A stretch of 64,000 nt of DNA from Eledone cirrhosa (taxonomy: Eukaryota), in NCBI GenBank assembly GCA_964016885.1, contig OZ024741.1, forward strand, positions 161,882,001 to 161,946,000, written 5' to 3'. The notes under the pieces were generated by a model. The model saw only the letters and a program-made list of their open reading frames with translations, made no database searches and had not been told where the DNA came from. Shown here in pieces: positions 13,470 to 27,339 of the stretch (the stretch's first letter is position 1; the number at the start of each line of letters is the position of its first letter). The position numbers and the translations under genes are program-made.

Positions 13470-14356
13470 CAAGAATGTTTTGCAAATGTTGAAGGTGCAG
13501 CCATTTGTAATCTATGAATTAGGGAGCTGCGCTCTTTGTCCACAAATCCAAGTTCAGTCATACTTTGGTCCAAGCGGGTTGGTATATAACCTGTAGCCCC
13601 AATAATGATGGGTATGAAGCTGAACGCGTATCTTTGATACTGGATCTGCAAACTCCTCATCAATGGTCCGTAGATGTCCGCTTTCTCCTGTATTTATTTT
13701 ACAACGTTCACATCAAGTGGGCAGCTGATCTCCACAACAGAACACGTTTTCAATGTGTGGTCTCAAACAACAATATCAGGCCGGTTGTGCTTTAATTTGG
13801 TGGCAGTTTTTATTTTCAAGTTCCACCAGTATTCTTTAGTGCCATCTGTCTCAACATATTCCTCATCATTTGCTTTTAGTCTTGTTTTCCTAAGTGCGCT
13901 CCAGACGGTTCTAGCTATCACGTTGTGTGTAATAAGGCGATAGTAACGAGACGACATTCTTTCACAGTTGGCAACAATGTGGCTAACATAGATCTTTGTT
14001 TTACAAAGCCTACATTTATTGTCGACTGATGGCCCTCCTCTTTTGTGTGGTAAAATGCCTTCTGATGGCCAGCCACACCTCAGTCATGTTTCTGCAATTC
14101 TTTGCTGGTTTTGCTTGTATCATTTTATTTGTTAGTAAGTGATCTATGACGCCCCACACCTTCTTTCCACCAGTTTGCTCAGATGTTATAATGTTGTTGG
14201 TGGCACTATGATCCTGCAAGAACAGAGTAAGGCACCCAATATATTATTTATACATGATGTTCTGGCAGGCTAGTGGGCGGTAGATTTTAGCAAGGGTGGT
14301 TTGGCTACTTTTGAGGATGAGAAGAGTAGTGGCTGTTGATAACCATTGGGGCAGTT
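13470..14356 (-). mobile_element. R4/Dong-like non-LTR fragment (RT start and REL endonuclease, internally deleted)
   Basis: YRPLACQNIMYK, EQTGGKK, HNRPDIVV, FIPIIIGATG. Confidence 0.8.
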
Positions 14357-14438
14357 CTTGTATGTATGTATGTATGTATGTATGTATGTATGTATGTATG
14401 TATGTATGTATGTATGTATGTATGTATGTATGTATGTA

Positions 14439-14521
<83 letters not shown>

Positions 14522-14799
14522 ATGTATGTTCTTCTGGTTTTATAATTTCACAAATTTTTTCCCAATAGAGAGAGAGTCAGTTTCTAACAGACACAAGACT
14601 CTCTCATTGGAATTTACACAACATCAACTAGGTAGATATGTATGCATGCATGCATGTGTAGAATGGATGTTATTGTATGTGTGGATGTGTATGTTTTGAG
14701 TTGTATGTGTGCAAGTGTATATACTTTGTATCTGTACATGTGTATATGCAGTTATTAGATGCAACATTTTTGGAATATTTTACATATTTTTACTGTTCC

Positions 14800-15562
14800 A
14801 TTAATGGATTGAAATTGTATTTTCCTAACTAGTCGTATTCTTTCTGTTCCTGAGAAGCCTAGCTTCTTAAGATTTGTATTGAGGCAGTTACTAACATATC
14901 CCAGTGCCCAAATAATCACAGGCATAAATTTGAAGGTGAAATGAGGGTGGAGTATCTGCAGATTTCACATCAGTTCTTCATAAATATTCTCCTTTTCGCT
15001 AATCTTTGATATTATATTGGCATCTGCTGGGCAGCTAATTTCCACTACTTTGCATGCTTTCTTCTCCCTGTCCCATATCATAATATCCGGTCTGTTATGC
15101 CTGCATTTTATTGGGGTTTTTACTGGAACATTCCACCAGTACTCTTTCATATTATGTACGCGGATGTCTTCCACATTGCTGTAGCTTTTAATGTGTTTAT
15201 TATCGGGGCTATCTTTTTTACGAACTGCATTGTACAGTGTTTTGGCCACTACATCATGCCTCATAGGTAGATAGTACCGCGATGACAGCTGCTGATGACA
15301 TGGGTGATATCCTCGATGTTGTCGGAGGGATATGATGCGACATTCAAATGCTGTCTGGACTGATGTTAGGCCTCTGCCTCCCTGCTTATGTTTAAACTAA
15401 AGGCGGTCTATGTCACTGTTGATGTGGAAGTTTCCGGTGTTGTTTAGTATTTTTCGAGTTCCAACATCAACTGCTCGGATTTCGTCTATCGTCCAATTGA
15501 GTATTCCAAACGTTGGTGCTAAGACAGGCACAGCAAACACATTGTGAGCCACCGTTTTGTTG
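14800..15562 (-). mobile_element. R4/Dong-like non-LTR 3' fragment
   Basis: HNVFAVPVLAPTFG, HINSDIDRL, RHDVVAKTLY, HNRPDIMIWD, VVEISCPAD...KISEKENIY. Confidence 0.85.
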
Positions 15563-15849
15563 TATGTATGTATGTATGTATGTATGTATGTATGTATGTA
15601 TGTATGTATGTATGTATGTATGTATGTATGTATGTATGCCACTGTTTTGTTGTATGTATGTATGTTGTAAGTAGGTGTCTAACGATAGTTACAGGCGCTT
15701 CGCCAGTCAGAGTACTCAATACAGTTCCAAAGGTTCATCACGTGTAGGGTTTATGTGTAGCCAAGGGCTAAAGGCAGCTGTAACCCGCAGAGTGTAAATA
15801 AAAGTAAGCAGGAACAAAGTCTCAAGTTTGCATTATATAGAAAACATTA

Positions 15850-16063
15850 GGGCGGTGGATTGGCAGTATCGCTAGAGAGTCGGACACCATACTTTGCAGC
15901 ATAGAGTTACGTCCCTTTACGGTCTGAGTTCAAATCCTGCCGAGGTTAACTTTGCCTTTCATCCTTACGGGGGTGATAACATAAAGCACCAGTAACGTAC
16001 TGGGGTCGATTTAATCGGCTTTCCCCTCCCCAAAATTACTGACCTTGTGCCTATAGTAGAAAT
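15850..16063 (+). mobile_element. tRNA-derived SINE
   Basis: ggcggtggattggcagtatcg head, gagttcaaatcc B-box, shared core. Confidence 0.85.
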
Positions 16064-17048
16064 CATATAGAAACAATATTCGCATATGACAATTGTTTCC
16101 ATATCGATCAGCATAAACACACATTTATATATGTCAACATACAAACTTGATTTATTTACATATTTCATTGAAATATATAAATAAGCTTGACGCAAGTTTC
16201 GGTCGCTGTGAAACATCATAAAAAATATTTACATAACTCACAGTCTACATAGAACTGGTTCTCCTAATTTGCATAATTTTAGTGTCAACGGTGATAGCTA
16301 ATTAAAAGATTATACAAATTAGCTGTAAACTCTGTATGGTGTTAATGATACATTTGGTGGGTTTATAAACCCTTTAGAAGAGAATGAAGAGGGCGGTCAC
16401 GACTCGAAGACATTAGTTCACAATCAGAGCTAAACTTAAATTAAACAACAACAATAATAACAATCTCTCCACCTTCACTATTACTGCTACAAATAAAATA
16501 GAATAACCAAAGTAAAACAAATAATATTGCCAGTCTGAAAGAGTTCATTGATTTATCCTCTATTTTAAGAAAATATCTTGATCTATTTACAGAGCTGTTC
16601 GACAAGGTTATTGTATTAATAAGTTAGACGAAATGTAGACACTAAAATAAAAGATAGTAAAAATAAAAAAATAAAAAAATAAAAAAATAAAAAAATAAAA
16701 AAATAAAAAAATAAAAAAAGAAGAAAAATGAAAACTGGAAACCCCGAGTAATGCAAATATTTTATTGCTGATTATGAAATGGATACATGTCTCTCTATCT
16801 CTCTCTTTTTCTTTCTCTCTCGCTCTCTCTCTCCTCTCTCTCTATTGTCCCCCCCTCTCTCTCTCTTTCTCTCACTCTCGCTCTTTCTTTCTCTCTTTTT
16901 CTTTCTCTCCCTCTCTCTCCCTCTCTCCCTCTCTCTTTCTCCCCTCTCTCTCCCCCCTATCTCTATATCATATTATATTACATTACATTACATTATATTA
17001 TATTATACAATTATATTATATTATATGTATGTTCATACACGGAACAAA

Positions 17049-17156
17049 AAGCGCTGCCTAAGGTTTCACGGTCCAATTACGATCATCTCACCAGATTGTG
17101 TACTGTGGTGGAGAGTGGAAGAGCGATCAAATTTGTGACCTGGTCATCAGGCGCTT
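17049..17156 (-). ncRNA. Hammerhead-like motif with long stem II and C at position 16.1 (family F)
   Basis: aagcgc-CTGATGA-(~76-nt hairpin: ggtc/gacc, aatt/aatt, tgatc/gatcg)-GAAA-ccttagg-CA-gcgctt. Confidence 0.65.
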
Positions 17157-17212
17157 GGACGAGTTTGAAGATACCGTTATAAATGTAGCGTGTTAAACAC
17201 TACTTCGGCCAT

Positions 17213-17360
<148 letters not shown>

Positions 17361-17512
17361 TGTTATGCTTTGTAAAGGTCATGTTGCCAATAAGAAATAC
17401 ACGCACCAGTTGCTTTCACTTCAATTTATTATGAATTAAATTTATAAATTTAGGAATTTATAAATTTCCGGTTGGTTGGTTGGTTCCACAACCAGACGAT
17501 TGTTCATATATT

Positions 17513-17555
17513 GTCAAAGTTCTTTCGTCACACATTCTGTGACCTCTTCAGTGAC
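17513..17555 (-). ncRNA. Minimal hammerhead-like motif, slightly degenerate (family G)
   Basis: gtca-CTGAAGA-g.gtcaca.gaatg.tgtgac-GAAA-gaac-TT-tgac; lies in a (TA)n-bounded insert 17357-17869. Confidence 0.6.
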
Positions 17556-17867
17556 TGGGGATTCTTTTCTTTTCTTTGTTTTTGTGCCTCTCCTTTGTTC
17601 TGTCCTACGCCATCTTGTTTTTATGTGTGTTGTGTGCTTAGTTTGCGCATGTGTTACATCCGGGTGTCTGTGTGTGTTTATATTTGTTTATTTATTTGTT
17701 TATTTACATGTTACTGGTTGATTGTTTGTTCTATGTGTGTGTGTGTTTTCATTTTGTCCTTAATTGTAAGTTGTGATGTTGCTGTTCCATTCATGTTACC
17801 AAAGCATAACAATATCGGTTTCAACACACGTTTTCAGATAAAGAATCTTGGTAAACAAATTCAGAAA

Positions 17868-17921
<54 letters not shown>

Positions 17922-17991
17922 GGAATTATATATATATAACAGGAATTGAAGATTCAAGTACCTTAGCGGTATGTCGCATATCCAATCTCTT

Positions 17992-18060
17992 ATATATTTT
18001 ATCTGATGAAAACGTAATGTAACACCATTGTACCTTTGAAATATGTATAATAAAATATAT
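17992..18060 (+). ncRNA. Type I hammerhead, family C, predicted cleavage AUA after 18049
   Basis: atatattttat-CTGATGA-aaacgta...taccttt-GAAA-tatgta-TA-ataaaatatat (11-bp stem I). Confidence 0.85.
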
Positions 18061-18112
18061 AATAAAATATATACTTTGGTTATGATAATATTTCTCATTT
18101 ATTAATATTTTG

Positions 18113-18445
<333 letters not shown>

Positions 18446-18477
18446 CAAACTCGCTCGCTGTTTCGAAAATATTCTTA

Positions 18478-18546
<69 letters not shown>

Positions 18547-18551
<5 letters not shown>

Positions 18552-19096
18552 TGGAAGGTCACTGATGAAGGACTAAATTTATTCATATGTAACCCATTTG
18601 CAACCACGCAGCACGCCATGTTTTCATATTCATATATAATTTCCTCCGCTGTGACCCGTCTGTTTCTTTCTTACTGCTTCCCCTTTTCTCTGTATCTCTC
18701 ACTTCCTTTTACCCCCTCTAACAGTCACTCTCTCTGTTAGCCTCTTCCTCACACTTTCACTCACTCACTCTCTGCTACTTCCTCTCCTACTTCCTCCCGT
18801 TTGACCTGTGCGAGATTCTTTCCTCACGCACACTTTGACCTGGTCGGATGGTCTTTATTCTCTCTCGTCTACGATTTCACAGAACTTATGTTTATCGATT
18901 TCAGGGACTTGACTCCTTCTTCCTCACTTTTCATTGCATTACCATCTTTGATTGTTTACTGTCTCGCTCGTTCCCCTTATTTACTTGTCCCAACGACTTT
19001 CATTAGCCGTTGCTCGCACCAACTGGAAGTATATGGTCTTTAAAGCGATGAAATACCAATGAAGGTTGGAAGATCACTGATGAAGGACTAAATTTA

Positions 19097-19102
<6 letters not shown>
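18547..19102. mobile_element. (TA)n-bounded element with ~40-bp terminal direct repeat (period ~515)
   Basis: aaggttggaag[g/a]tcactgatgaaggactaaatttattcata at both ends; diverged copy at 38795-38900. Confidence 0.7.
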
Positions 19103-19169
<67 letters not shown>

Positions 19170-19293
19170 ATAATAATAAATTTGGAGACTAAAATCCAAA
19201 GAGGGCTCGATAAGGACAAATATATATCAAATATATCACCGTTAAGAGTGAAAGCAGCGATTCTTTGCTTAAACTTTAATCTTTTATTTTATC

Positions 19294-19326
<33 letters not shown>

Positions 19327-19335
19327 TATTTACAC

Positions 19336-19426
<91 letters not shown>

Positions 19427-19805
19427 GTTTGAAACGGGTTAGACCATTACTCACCAGAGTACTTGATACTTGGGGTAGCAGAGTATGGTTATATTATAAA
19501 GAGTCGGGACCCGGACGGCTGAACTCTTGCCCAACAACAGCTAGATCCAACGGCAAGAGCTCAGCCGTCGGGGTCTCGACTTTATAACACACACACACAC
19601 AAGCAGACACACACACATATATATGTATATACACAAAAGTGTAAACAAAATAACCGAAGCTGTTAATTATACATGTAATTGACCGACAAAGGTTTTTCCA
19701 GGCTACGTAAGAACGTGTAATTCGTTCCTGTAGACCAGCTTGTCAGGGTCTATGATAATGAAGTCAGTATATTCGAATCTTACATCATTTTATTGATTAC
19801 TTTGT

Positions 19806-19867
19806 TAATGTTATATATATTTCAGTGGTATCTATTATGTAGTAGATATCACATCATCAGACAGTTA
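19806..19867 (-). ncRNA. Type I hammerhead, family D
   Basis: taa.c.tgt-CTGATGA-t.gtgatatcta.ctacataa.tagataccac.t-GAAA-tatata-TA-aca.tta. Confidence 0.8.
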
Positions 19868-20149
19868 TTGTGTGATCATTTGTTCAACGTGACACATGTC
19901 CCGGGTGGGCTTTAATGTTATTCTTCCGACGCCCATTATGGATTCAGTATAAGGCTCTCTAGCTAACATCACTTAGTGGGGTGTGTTCATGGAATCCACA
20001 TAGTGTTTATTTCTTAAACAGTTAATGTGGTGTGGTAAATAAATATATACATATACACCAAGTCCAAACACAATGGAACCAAACTCCCACCGCCACTGCA
20101 TCCGTCTCTCCCGCTCTCCCCATCTCTCACTTTTATGAGCAAATGTGGT

Positions 20150-20400
20150 CCACGCGCTGGCCGGCCCGCCGCACCAGCGGACTGAATAGAGAAGGCGTTT
20201 CCCCGGAGGATTGTGAGGGAGACGCGCTGGAAGAGCCATTTCAGCTCGTGAGGCTCACACAGGCGGGTAGCCAAATCTATGCCGATGGTGGTCATGTCGC
20301 ACTAGATGGCATCCCATATGCTCTGGAGGAATTTGACGCCCACAGGGGGAAGGGGAGGAGGGACGTCTACTGGGTGGAGTCCGAGCCGGTTCCAAGTCTC
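20150..20400 (-). mobile_element. CRE-like non-LTR 3' fragment
   Basis: EPHELKWLFQRVSLTILRGNAFSIQSAG. Confidence 0.7.
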
Positions 20401-20828
20401 GCAGGCGGTCTCAAGTTCCTTGATCACAGTGGATTCCGTTGTGTTGTGGAGAACCCTGTTGATGAGGATACGGCAAGGGGTTACCGACGAAAGAATTGAT
20501 TTTATTCATCTTGATTATTCCATTTTTGGTTAAAGGTTAATTTGACCCTATAAAGTAGATGTTTTAGAGATAGTGCAGAAGCAGTTCAAAGAACGGTCAG
20601 TAGTTTAAGTATCTGTAGTTGTAAGGATTCATTTTCCCAGTAGGGGGTTGTTTTTCTTCACATTTCATTGATTTTACGACACTAATACAAATGTGTTTCA
20701 AAGCCCCCGCTGTGTGTGTGGGATGGTCTGACAACAAAGCCAGGAATAGCAAACAAAGAACTAGCTGTGACTGCCAGTACAAAATATTACCATTACTTTT
20801 GTTTCAAGTGTTAGAGAACGTCCTATTA

Positions 20829-20885
<57 letters not shown>

Positions 20886-21584
20886 CAGCAGCAACAGCAG
20901 CAGCAGTCGTAGTAGTGGCTGTTGTTGTATATACACATATACATGGCCGAATGGTTAAAGAGTTCGCTTCGCAGCCCGTTGTTGTTCGGGGTTTGTTCTG
21001 GATTCAGTCCCGCTGTGTGATACCTTGTGCAACTTAAGTACTTGGCTGGTACTTTATTTACCGACCTCGAAAGTAAGAAAAGCAAAGTTGACTTCAATGA
21101 GATTTAATCTCAGAGCATATTGAGCTGGAACAAATACCGAAGTCAGGTTACGAATGGCTGTGTTGCGAATTACGTTAAGAGTACACGAGTTTGTGGAATT
21201 CTCGTTCGCTTACACGTTAATTTCAGGGTCCGGCTGTTCTATCGATCGAACAACTGGAACTCTCATCGTTAAAACCGACGGAGGTTCATTCCACGTTTGA
21301 ACCATGCATCTCCCTCACAACGTCATATATTACATCCTTGTTATACACCTGACTGAGCGAACCAGTTGTTAATTTTGTTTTACAATGAAATCCAATTGTT
21401 AAGTTTCTTGGCAGGTATTTTGAATATTTTTGCCATAATGGTTGCAGAAGACATTTCCAGAACGAAGAATGAAAGATATAATGACATGACAAAATGATTT
21501 GGTTTTTCCATATGAAAACGGAAATAAAACAATTGGATTTATATAAATTGCTTTCTTTGTAAATCAAAATAATTTTTATCATTA

Positions 21585-22294
21585 CTTGTACCTCAGTTCA
21601 CGATCTTAATTCGTTCCAGAAATGTTCGTAAGCCGAAACTATTTATGCCATACGAAATGTTGAGAGAGAAATACAGTGAGAAAGAAACTGTATCACCATC
21701 TATATATATAAAACTGTTGTTGTGTATGTGTGTGTGTGTGACTGTGTCCTCATTTTTGCAAAGTCTATACAAATCCACATTTCTACTCCGATTGACTTCA
21801 AAGTTGCATTTATATATTCCTTGCGGTCTAAAGATATTAACTGCAGCTTTTATTTTTCAATTTTCTGTTGTTAAAGGGGTGTTAGGCGCCGGTTATAGCG
21901 CTCTTATAATATCTGTCTGTATGCCTGTTTGTCTGCATTACGACATTCTGACGAACATTGATGACGTATTATGTTCGCTATTTTCCATTCATTGCCAGGG
22001 AACGTCTTCACGAACCAAAGTATCGTCTTCCTGTTTTCCTTCGGTTGCAACGTTTTTCGAAATATTTACTTCTGCGTTCACAGATTGATGTTTTTAGTTT
22101 CAGAAGATCCCGTTAAGAGTGAAAGCAACGATTCTTTGCTTAACCTTTAATCTGTTATTTTAATCTATATATGTATATATATATAAAACTGAGGGAGGAT
22201 GTATGTATGTATGTATGTATGTATGTATGTATGTATGTATGTATGTATGTATGTATGTATGTATGTATGTATGTATGTATGTATGTGTGTATGT

Positions 22295-22374
<80 letters not shown>

Positions 22375-23099
22375 AAACCCGAGAAGTACCCAACCGATTT
22401 TTTTCAAACTTTATATGTATATTACTTATGTTTCAGGGAGTGTTATGCACATAAAAATTCAACTTTTTGATCCCCTAGGGCCCACATTAGGTGAAAAACT
22501 GCGTTTTTGCAGCTTTTTAGGGTTTTTTGAGGCGTTACGTCAGACCTATTTCCTTGAAATTGTAACTATGTATTAGTCAGTCTCTTCTTCATACCGTGAG
22601 CAAAGAAAATCCAACTATTTTATGGCCTAGGGCCCGCATTAGGTGAAAAACTTCATTTTTTTCAGCTTTTAAGGGCCTTTTTGAGGCGTTACGTCAGACC
22701 GATTTTCCCAAAATTTCAAGGAATATTATGCACATAAAAAATTTCATTTTCTTGATCCCCATAAGGTCCGCATTAGGTGAAAACCTGCATTTTTCCTGCT
22801 TCATCGAGGAAAATCTTAAAGATTATCCAGCCATCAGAGTATTCGGTTTATTTTCTTTACATATTGTCCAGGCATGCAGTTTTTCCACGATTAGGTCTGT
22901 TGGCGGCCCGCGTTCCAAAATACCTTATCCCGTGCAACGCCGGGTACCACTGATAGTAGTAACTATCTACACAGAAAGTGGCGCTTTACCGCCGATACTT
23001 CAACCGTTGTTGCCGGTTTTCGTGTTCGTTACTCGAGACGCCATTCGTGAATCAAGACATTTTTGTTCGGAAAATTGTTCGTGAACTGAGGTTCCACTG
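21585..23099. mobile_element. Probable Tigger/pogo-type MITE split by Helitron-type insertions
   Basis: Inverted termini acctcagttcacga / tcgtgaactgaggttccactg|ta. Confidence 0.5.
22164..22956 (+). mobile_element. Non-autonomous Helitron-type element with internal microsatellites and ~70-bp internal repeats
   Basis: A|TCTATAT...AAAACTG start; cccg-tgcaacgc-cggg hairpin then ATAG|T; similar start at 21699 and similar end at 38745-38772. Confidence 0.7.
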
Positions 23100-23219
23100 T
23101 ATGTATACGCACATACACACACACGCTCACACACATTCTAATTCACTTTCTAATTTCTGAGTACAAAGTGCACACACACTCGTACAGACAAACAACCACC
23201 TACATAAGTGTGTGTGTGT

Positions 23220-23276
<57 letters not shown>

Positions 23277-23883
23277 CGCGTGTGTGTGTGTGTGCGTGTG
23301 TGTATGTGTATGTGTATGTGTGTGTTTGTATGTGTGTTTGTATGTGTGTTTGTATGTATGTATGTATGTATGTATGTATCTATATGTATGGATGTATGTA
23401 TATACGTATATGTGTGTATTTAGGTCATTTGATCTATGTGTGTGTGTGTGTTTGTATGTGTGTTTGTGTGTATGTATGTATGTATGTATGTATGTATCTA
23501 TATGTATGGATGTATGTATATACGTATATTATTCATACCATGAGTATTCATTCACAGACGGAAATCAACGCTTCAAAATAGCATATTACATGAATATAGT
23601 TAAATGAAAATTTATTCCAAAGAATGAATGCTTAAAATAACATAAACCGGAATTATTTCTGCACCAACCAGATACACTATATTATACGATATTTATGCAA
23701 ATATTTTGAGCGATAAATGTTTCAAAATAGCCTCCAAAGTTGCTTCCAATTCGACTACTTGGTAGGGCTCATATACTTACGTAGACTGACACAAAATATA
23801 TCAAATGACCTAAATACACACATGTATACTTCGATAGACGATGACCACATAGTTTTGTATCTGTAACTAATTTTGCAATATTA

Positions 23884-24070
23884 TGGATTGGCAGTATCGG
23901 TAGAGGGTTGGACGCCATGCTTTCCAGCATAGTTACGTCCCTTTACGATCTGAGTTCAAATCCCGCCGAGGTTAACTTTGCCTTTCATCCTTACGGGGTC
24001 GATTCAATAAAGTACCAGTAATACACTGGGTTAAAAGCTGGCCTTGTGCCTAAAGTAGAAACAATTATTA
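23884..24070 (+). mobile_element. tRNA-derived SINE
   Basis: Matches the 33481-33671 copy. Confidence 0.85.
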
Positions 24071-24945
24071 TTATTCTATTCATGGTTATGATTTCGATGT
24101 TAAATTATGCATTATTACAATAATAAATAAAGAAATATATAGATATATAGATTAAAAAATGAAATAAAAATAGAATACTTGTATTACATGAAATACTGTA
24201 AAATAAAGTAAGGAATGTTTAATAAATCAATGTTTTGATAGAAGAAATCAGTGAAGACAAAATGTGTGGTTATGTGTAATTGCTGGCCTTATGCCAAAAG
24301 TAGAAACAATTATCTGTGACTCAAGCGGCTCCTCATTTCCTCTTTTGTTCAGTTACTCACTATTTTCACTGCAACCACTCCTTTTCTATTAAGTGACTCT
24401 ATTGTCTCGTTATTTCGTCTGTGCCATCACACCACTCAGACATGGATATCACAAATAGCCCATCTCCTCTCTGCGAGTCATTTTTGTCTCCACGGTTCTA
24501 ACTGACCATCTTCGTCACTTCGTCCCTCAATGTTCGACTTAGATGCCGTACATTCAATAATATACCTCTTTTGTCTCCATCATGTAATTAAATAACCAAG
24601 TAACTAGATAACGGATAACTAGATAACGGTAAATCAATAAGAATTAAAAATAAATAAATTGATGTAAACAAAGATATAAGGAAGAAAGGGGAGCCATGAT
24701 CTCTAGTGCAACATATTGTATTGGGATTGCCCCTTTTGAACATTGGAACAACTAGTAAGGCCATTAATATTTATTAAGCACTATTCCAAAGATTCACCAC
24801 AACTTCTTTCTATAACATGCAACTGGGAAATTAGAACACAAATAACCCTATCAGTGAAGCCCTTTATTATAGGTCAACTAACAGAAAATTGTATTACGGT
24901 TAGGAAAATTTTTTAAATAAGCCTACATGGTAAAAATTAGAAATG

Positions 24946-25017
24946 GTCATCGCGGGCCACTCTGACTGGTCTGGCGGGCCAGATTGTGGCCCACGGGCCG
25001 CCTGTTGCACGCCCCTG
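24946..25017. mobile_element. hAT/Charlie-type transposon end
   Basis: gcgggccagattgtggcccacgggccgcctgttgcacgcccctg resembles Charlie-group subterminal motifs (recognition only). Confidence 0.5.
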
Positions 25018-25959
25018 CTCTAGTGTAACATGCATTGGTGTCACCCCGTTTAAATTTACAGTTGAGGCTTAGATTGCACTCTCGTATGCAGATAGACTCA
25101 GAAACTTGCCTTAACATTTGTATTGCTGCATTTGAGGACATCATATCTAACCCATGCCTATTTGTAGAACCATTGTGGCTTTCTAAAGTATGCGGGTAAA
25201 AAAAAATAATTTAAACTTCTTTTCAGTATAGCTATTCCAATATCCCTGAATCTTTTCTACGCCGAGATACTTCACCTTTATTGGATTGATTGTAGTCTGC
25301 ACATCTGTAAATCTTACTCCTTTGACAGTGACAACTGCATGATGTATGCATCAAACCCTCACATCAATTGCAAAGTAAATAACACATTGGAACTGCATCA
25401 GTCAGCCAAATTTATGACGCTAGGAACAGGTTGCAGACTGTACAGCCAAATTTATGATGCTAGGAAATAAACGGTTTATGTAAACGGTATATATTAAATT
25501 TAACAGTTTTTATGTGTTTTTAAATGGTTAAAATGACTCTTCCACGCAGTAATCGTTATAGTTTCAACGCATAGTCTCGGATCAAATCCTTTGTCGAACA
25601 AATACAACTTCGAAACACTGGGGTCGATTTATTCGACTTACCCCTCTCTCAAAATTGTTAGCCTTGTGCCTAAAGCAGAAACCATTATTAGTTTTTGTTC
25701 ATATCGATGATAAAAATAACAGCAACAAAAACGCGAGATTGGTTGGATTGGCGTTGACTAACTTTCGAAATTTGTTTCGCTAGAAAAGTCATGTATATTA
25801 TTTTGCGACCCATTAAGAAAAACAAAAAAAAAACAAAAAACAAAAAAAACAATAAAAAAACATTTTTGTACCTTCCAGGCCTTGGACTTTATTTTAAAAT
25901 CTCCGACAATCTCAACGGGAACATTCGTCAGAAATAACTTGGTCGGAGGATTTATTCAC

Positions 25960-25996
<37 letters not shown>

Positions 25997-26299
25997 AAAA
26001 GAAATGAAAAGAAAAAACAAAGAAACAAAGAAACGATCATAATGGAACTTATTTCTGTTCACTGGGACCACGAGGCAGCTTGCACATGGAGTTCTGCACG
26101 CCAGGGAGCGTTCTTCCACATTGTCTGGGTTCGCATCATTGGTGTCGCCATTGTATAGGTTGTTGTTATGTATATGCACCTATATATGTATATAGACAGC
26201 TATACAGACAGATATAAATATAGGAAACATTGTTAGTTAAGTATTGAAGTATTGAATTTATATCAAATATATGGAATCTATATATATACGTCTGCATGT

Positions 26300-27171
26300 A
26301 GGTATGGCGGCTGTAAAATCAGTCGGCTGGAATTTGCAGACGAAATGATGTTACTTAACTCGACAGAAAGTGATCTCCGACTTGCACTCGATAGGTTTGA
26401 TGGCGAGTTCTGCATGGCTGAAATGGAAATCGGTGCTGCGAAAACTAAGACACTCGTCCTCTCAAGGAAGCTTGCACAGTGCACTCTACATGTAAATGGA
26501 GTTCCATTGAAGCAGGTAGAGAAATTCGAGTATCTCAGAACTATGCTCATGAGTGATGGAAGGCAGGAGGCTGAATTAGGTGCAAGGATTGCAGGAGTGG
26601 TGCAGTAATGCGCCAGCTTCAGCATTCGGTAATCAGAAGAAGGGAGATAGGCGTAAAAACCAAACTTGTTATCTTCAATTCGGTATTCGAGCCAACCCTT
26701 GCCTATGGTCATGAATCTTGGACAATGACCGAAAGAAAACGATCACGAATACAAGCAGCCGAAAGAGTGCGTAGCTCAGAGATCAGAGAGTCACTCCAGC
26801 CACTACTTCTCTGAGTTGAGAGATCACAGCTCCGATATTGTGGGCATGTGGTTCGAATATCTCAGGAAAGAATCGCTGGACAGATTTTACGGGCAAACCA
26901 ACCGGCAGGCAGGAGACCCAGAGGTAGACCCCGAGCTATTTGGTTGGATAATATCCTTGAGTTTGGCTGGTCTCGCTTGGGGATCCAGCCGGATCAGTTG
27001 GAAACGGTTGCTTCTGGCAGGTTCTGCTGGAAGGAGTGTTTGAGGACTCTGCCCCTACGCCCTTCTCAGGAAGAAGAAGAAGAAGAAGAAGAAGAAGAAG
27101 AAGAAGAAGAAGAAGAAGAAGAAGAAGAAGAAGAAGAAGAAGAAGAAGAAGAAGAAGAAGAAGAAGAAGAA
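26300..27171 (+). mobile_element. RTE-clade LINE 3' fragment with (GAA)n tail
   Basis: LEFADE, AKTKTLV, QVEKFEYL, PTLAYGHESW, RRPRGRPR. Confidence 0.9.
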
Positions 27172-27339
27172 ACGTATGTGTGTATGTAGTGACCTACGGT
27201 AATAGCATAAACCTGTTAATAACATTTTCTTACGACCCCACCCTGTTCGTCTGCTCAGCTTTTGCGACCTGCAGAACCCCAGGAAAATGCCACCTCATGA
27301 TCCCAACGGACAGCGTGGAGAAAGAGTTACACTAGAGGG

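Noticed and set aside
15850-15945. tRNA gene from A/B-box-like motifs
   Set aside because: No cloverleaf; these are SINE heads
16184-16222. Minus-strand GAAAC-ttgc-GTC half hammerhead
   Set aside because: No CUGANGA box or stem II upstream
20597-20782. Signal-peptide-like ORF or possible host exon on the minus strand
   Set aside because: TTG start, no recognisable homology, no partner exons; needs RNA-seq
25952-26179. Short Cys-containing ORF
   Set aside because: No recognisable domain or splice support; runs into a poly-T tract
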